From contig OZ286466.1 of the NCBI GenBank assembly GCA_965644265.1, positions 24,490,001 to 24,554,000 on the forward strand: 64,000 nt of DNA, in the 5' to 3' direction. Source of the stretch: Glycera tridactyla (Eukaryota). Made by a program: the position numbers and the translations under genes. Each line of letters opens with the position of its first letter. The stretch's first letter is position 1. This document shows, in pieces, positions 61,536 to 64,000 of the stretch. A model generated the notes under the pieces. The model was not told the origin of the DNA. It searched no databases and was given only the letters and a program-made list of their open reading frames with translations.

Positions 61536-62183
61536 TTGAATGAGGTATATAATCAGACATATAGTGGCGATATATTCCACAGGGCATCAAGTTGGCAACT
61601 GTTACCCGCCGATGGAAAAAAAGGCATATCTTTTATTTGAATGTAGCCTACTGAAATAGAGTTCATGTATGAAAGGATGGGACTATACCTGCCAATGGTG
61701 TTGATATGTTTCCATCATACAATCAATTTTCTGTTAAAAACACCAAATGATCATTAATCGATCACAGGAATTTCTCATGAAGTAAATATCTGGAAAGATG
61801 ATAAAATCTCAGAATTGAACTATGTTTCATGATACACCATTGAATGTACAAATTACATTTTCAGAAATCATCTGATTCCTTGTGGATTTGAACTATCGTG
61901 AAACACATTCTCATTCTGACCATCTCCCATTGTAAGAAAATTCGAATAAATGATGAATCTCATTTTAGTATACTCACAAAAATTGTCTAGTAAATTCAAG
62001 ATGCCCGATTTCATTCATATTAGAATTATTCCAATAGATAGGATGAGAATGAAGCTACAATGTCCTCCAAATATCAGATGAAACTAGAGTAAAGCACCAA
62101 TCTAAGAACATAAGGAAGACATCGTAGACTTGAAGGAATGTAATGATGATGTTGAATGAAAATAACTACAGTTGGAGCGAATT

Positions 62184-63880
62184 TTAACTCCAGACATCGC
62201 AAGAATATCGTCCACGGGATCGCATTCGTTTGAGGTATTCCTGTGCTGCGGTTGGTTCCATTTTGCCCTGCTCCTGTACAATCTCGTGTAATGCTTTGTC
62301 CACATCAGGCGCCATCTGACGAGCATCTCTGAAATCAAAAATCGTATTCCAGCATGAGATAGGAGAAATATCCACCAGTGCTTTGGTTGTAAACATATTC
62401 TCTGTAGGGTATTTTTCACTGGTCCATTCAACCCTCAAACAGATCTTTTACCTGACCATGAGGATGCAGGGCTAATATGTATCATAACAATGTCGTCTGT
62501 AGCAAAATTGGCTGAATTCACTATACCATTTTCAGCCAAACCACCCAAGCTATAGCCAAAGGCATTGCAAGATGACTCTTCTGCAATCAATTCCATATCA
62601 AAGTGGAGTATTAAAAAAATCTGATTTCCGGTCCCCATATCACATACGAAACCAAGCATCCTTGGGACAACATAAGCTCTCAGACAGGATATAATCCCAG
62701 GGATGCCAACATTTGATGACCAAAATCAGTGAAGATGCCAATTTTCAAGAGTATTAACGGCAGTCTTTACAATGATCGAATAGGATGATCTTCAATTTTC
62801 AAGAGTAATGCTACGTGTGGGATGGGAAAAGTTTGGCTAAAATAGGGGAATCATTACCCAAAAAGTCATAATGGTTGGCATCTCTGTGATGCTGCCTTTA
62901 TCTGCTCCAGTCTATTTTCTATTAACCAGTTTGACTCAAGTCAAGACCATCTTTCAGCTAGATGAGAACAGCTTTAGCTCAAGTATTAGCTGACAGACAG
63001 TGATGCTTACCCGCAGACGTAGATGTGTCCGTTAGCTTCCATGATCCTCCAGGTCTCCTCCGCATGATTGAGCAGCAAATGTTGGACGTAGACCTTCTTA
63101 GGTCCGTCTCGTGAGAATGCTGTGTAGATGTTTGTTAATGTTCCCGCTCCCTTGTACTCCTCCAGCTCGTCGCGGTAGATGTAATCCTCTGCCTCGTGTC
63201 GGCATCCGAAGTACAGGACTGTCTCGCCCACTTGTTTACCTTAAAAGTAAAAGCAAATATTGATATTCAGGTACATGCATCTTAAAATTTTGTTACTCCA
63301 ACCCCTGATAAACAAAATAGTGGTGATGCCGATACTTCAACAGTGATGGTGCCAGTAGATGTACTTACAATGATCAAATGAAATGAATCGATCTGTGGAA
63401 GTAATATTGCAGGTAAAAAGCTAAAATTTTGGCTCAAAAAGAATACTTATCATTGAAATACCATCCGAGGCTTGAATGCTCAATCTATGACACTTGGAAA
63501 CATGTCCTCGGTTTTCTAATTTATTGAGTGAAATCAGGAAATACTATACGTGCCATCTGATTTTATGGTTGCACATGTTCCCAGTTTTGAGTGGATGCAT
63601 ATAACATATACTCACCATCTGATTTAACACTGTGCCTATCCTGAATAAATCCACGCATCGGTGCAAGTCCTGTACCAGGTCCGACCATGATCACAGGTAC
63701 AGACGGCTTGAAGGGCAGACGGAACTGTGATTTACGGACGTATATGGGTGCAGTGGGTTTGATGCCATTCTCTGGTTGTTTGTATTTGAGCCAATTTGTT
63801 GCTACACCTTTCTGTGTACGACCTGTTGGTGTTGTATATTCAACTAGCACAGCAGTGATGTGGATGGAGGTTGGATTCAT
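62184..63880 (-). CDS. POR: NADPH-cytochrome P450 reductase, last three exons (63880-63616, 63239-63011, 62328-62184); 5' part outside the window
   Basis: FAD/NADPH-binding motifs MVGPGTGLAPMRGFIQDR, LYFGCR, AFSR, YVQHLL, YVCGDA and C-terminal GRYSCDVWS*, typical of CPR; phases 0-1-2 consistent. Confidence 0.95.
62698..62886. mobile_element. MITE with CAG(G/A)GATGCCAAC TIR in a POR intron
   Basis: 13-bp near-perfect TIR; 6-bp flanks match 4/6. Confidence 0.55.
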
Positions 63881-64000
63881 CTGAAAAAGCAAAGAATGAG
63901 ATCTAGGCATTGTGGTCCTTTAAACAAGATTATTCATGACGAAGAAACATTTGTAGTGATAAGAAATGTGGTCTCAAAGGTAAGGTGGGCTTTCATCAAT

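Noticed and set aside
52116-62183. Possible hidden gene in the 10 kb between the convergent SETD1 and POR 3' ends
   Set aside because: Only short ORFs without a phase-consistent exon chain or recognisable motifs; most sequence is MITE- or microsatellite-derived. A lncRNA cannot be excluded without RNA data.
1-64000. CRISPR arrays, tRNA/rRNA genes, autonomous transposase or RT ORFs, U12-type introns
   Set aside because: Tandem repeats lack unique spacers, no cloverleaf or rRNA signatures were seen, there is no long TE ORF, and all confidently modelled introns are GT-AG without the U12 5' consensus.

Overview
Eukaryotic (animal, probably marine invertebrate) genomic DNA with GT-AG introns, dense non-autonomous transposon content and five 160-189-nt N gaps. 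Three protein-coding genes are present. (1) An unrecognised multi-exon gene on the minus strand: ATG at 19328, at least ~1,400 aa, running off the left edge. It has a predicted globular N-terminal region, a 781-codon S/K/P-rich disordered exon and two LFxID motifs matching the MTR4 arch-interacting motif. (2) A complete 18-coding-exon SETD1/Set1 H3K4 methyltransferase on the plus strand (19930-52115, ~1,850 aa), head-to-head with gene 1 across 601 bp. (3) The last three exons of NADPH-cytochrome P450 reductase (POR) on the minus strand (63880-62184). Introns carry MITEs with 5-bp, 6-bp and TA target-site duplications, Helentron/DINE-1-like elements with internal satellite arrays rich in perfect nuclear-receptor half-site repeats, a LINE 3' fragment and microsatellites. 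No tRNA, rRNA or CRISPR was found. Gene models were built by hand from splice consensus and phase continuity; no database search was possible.
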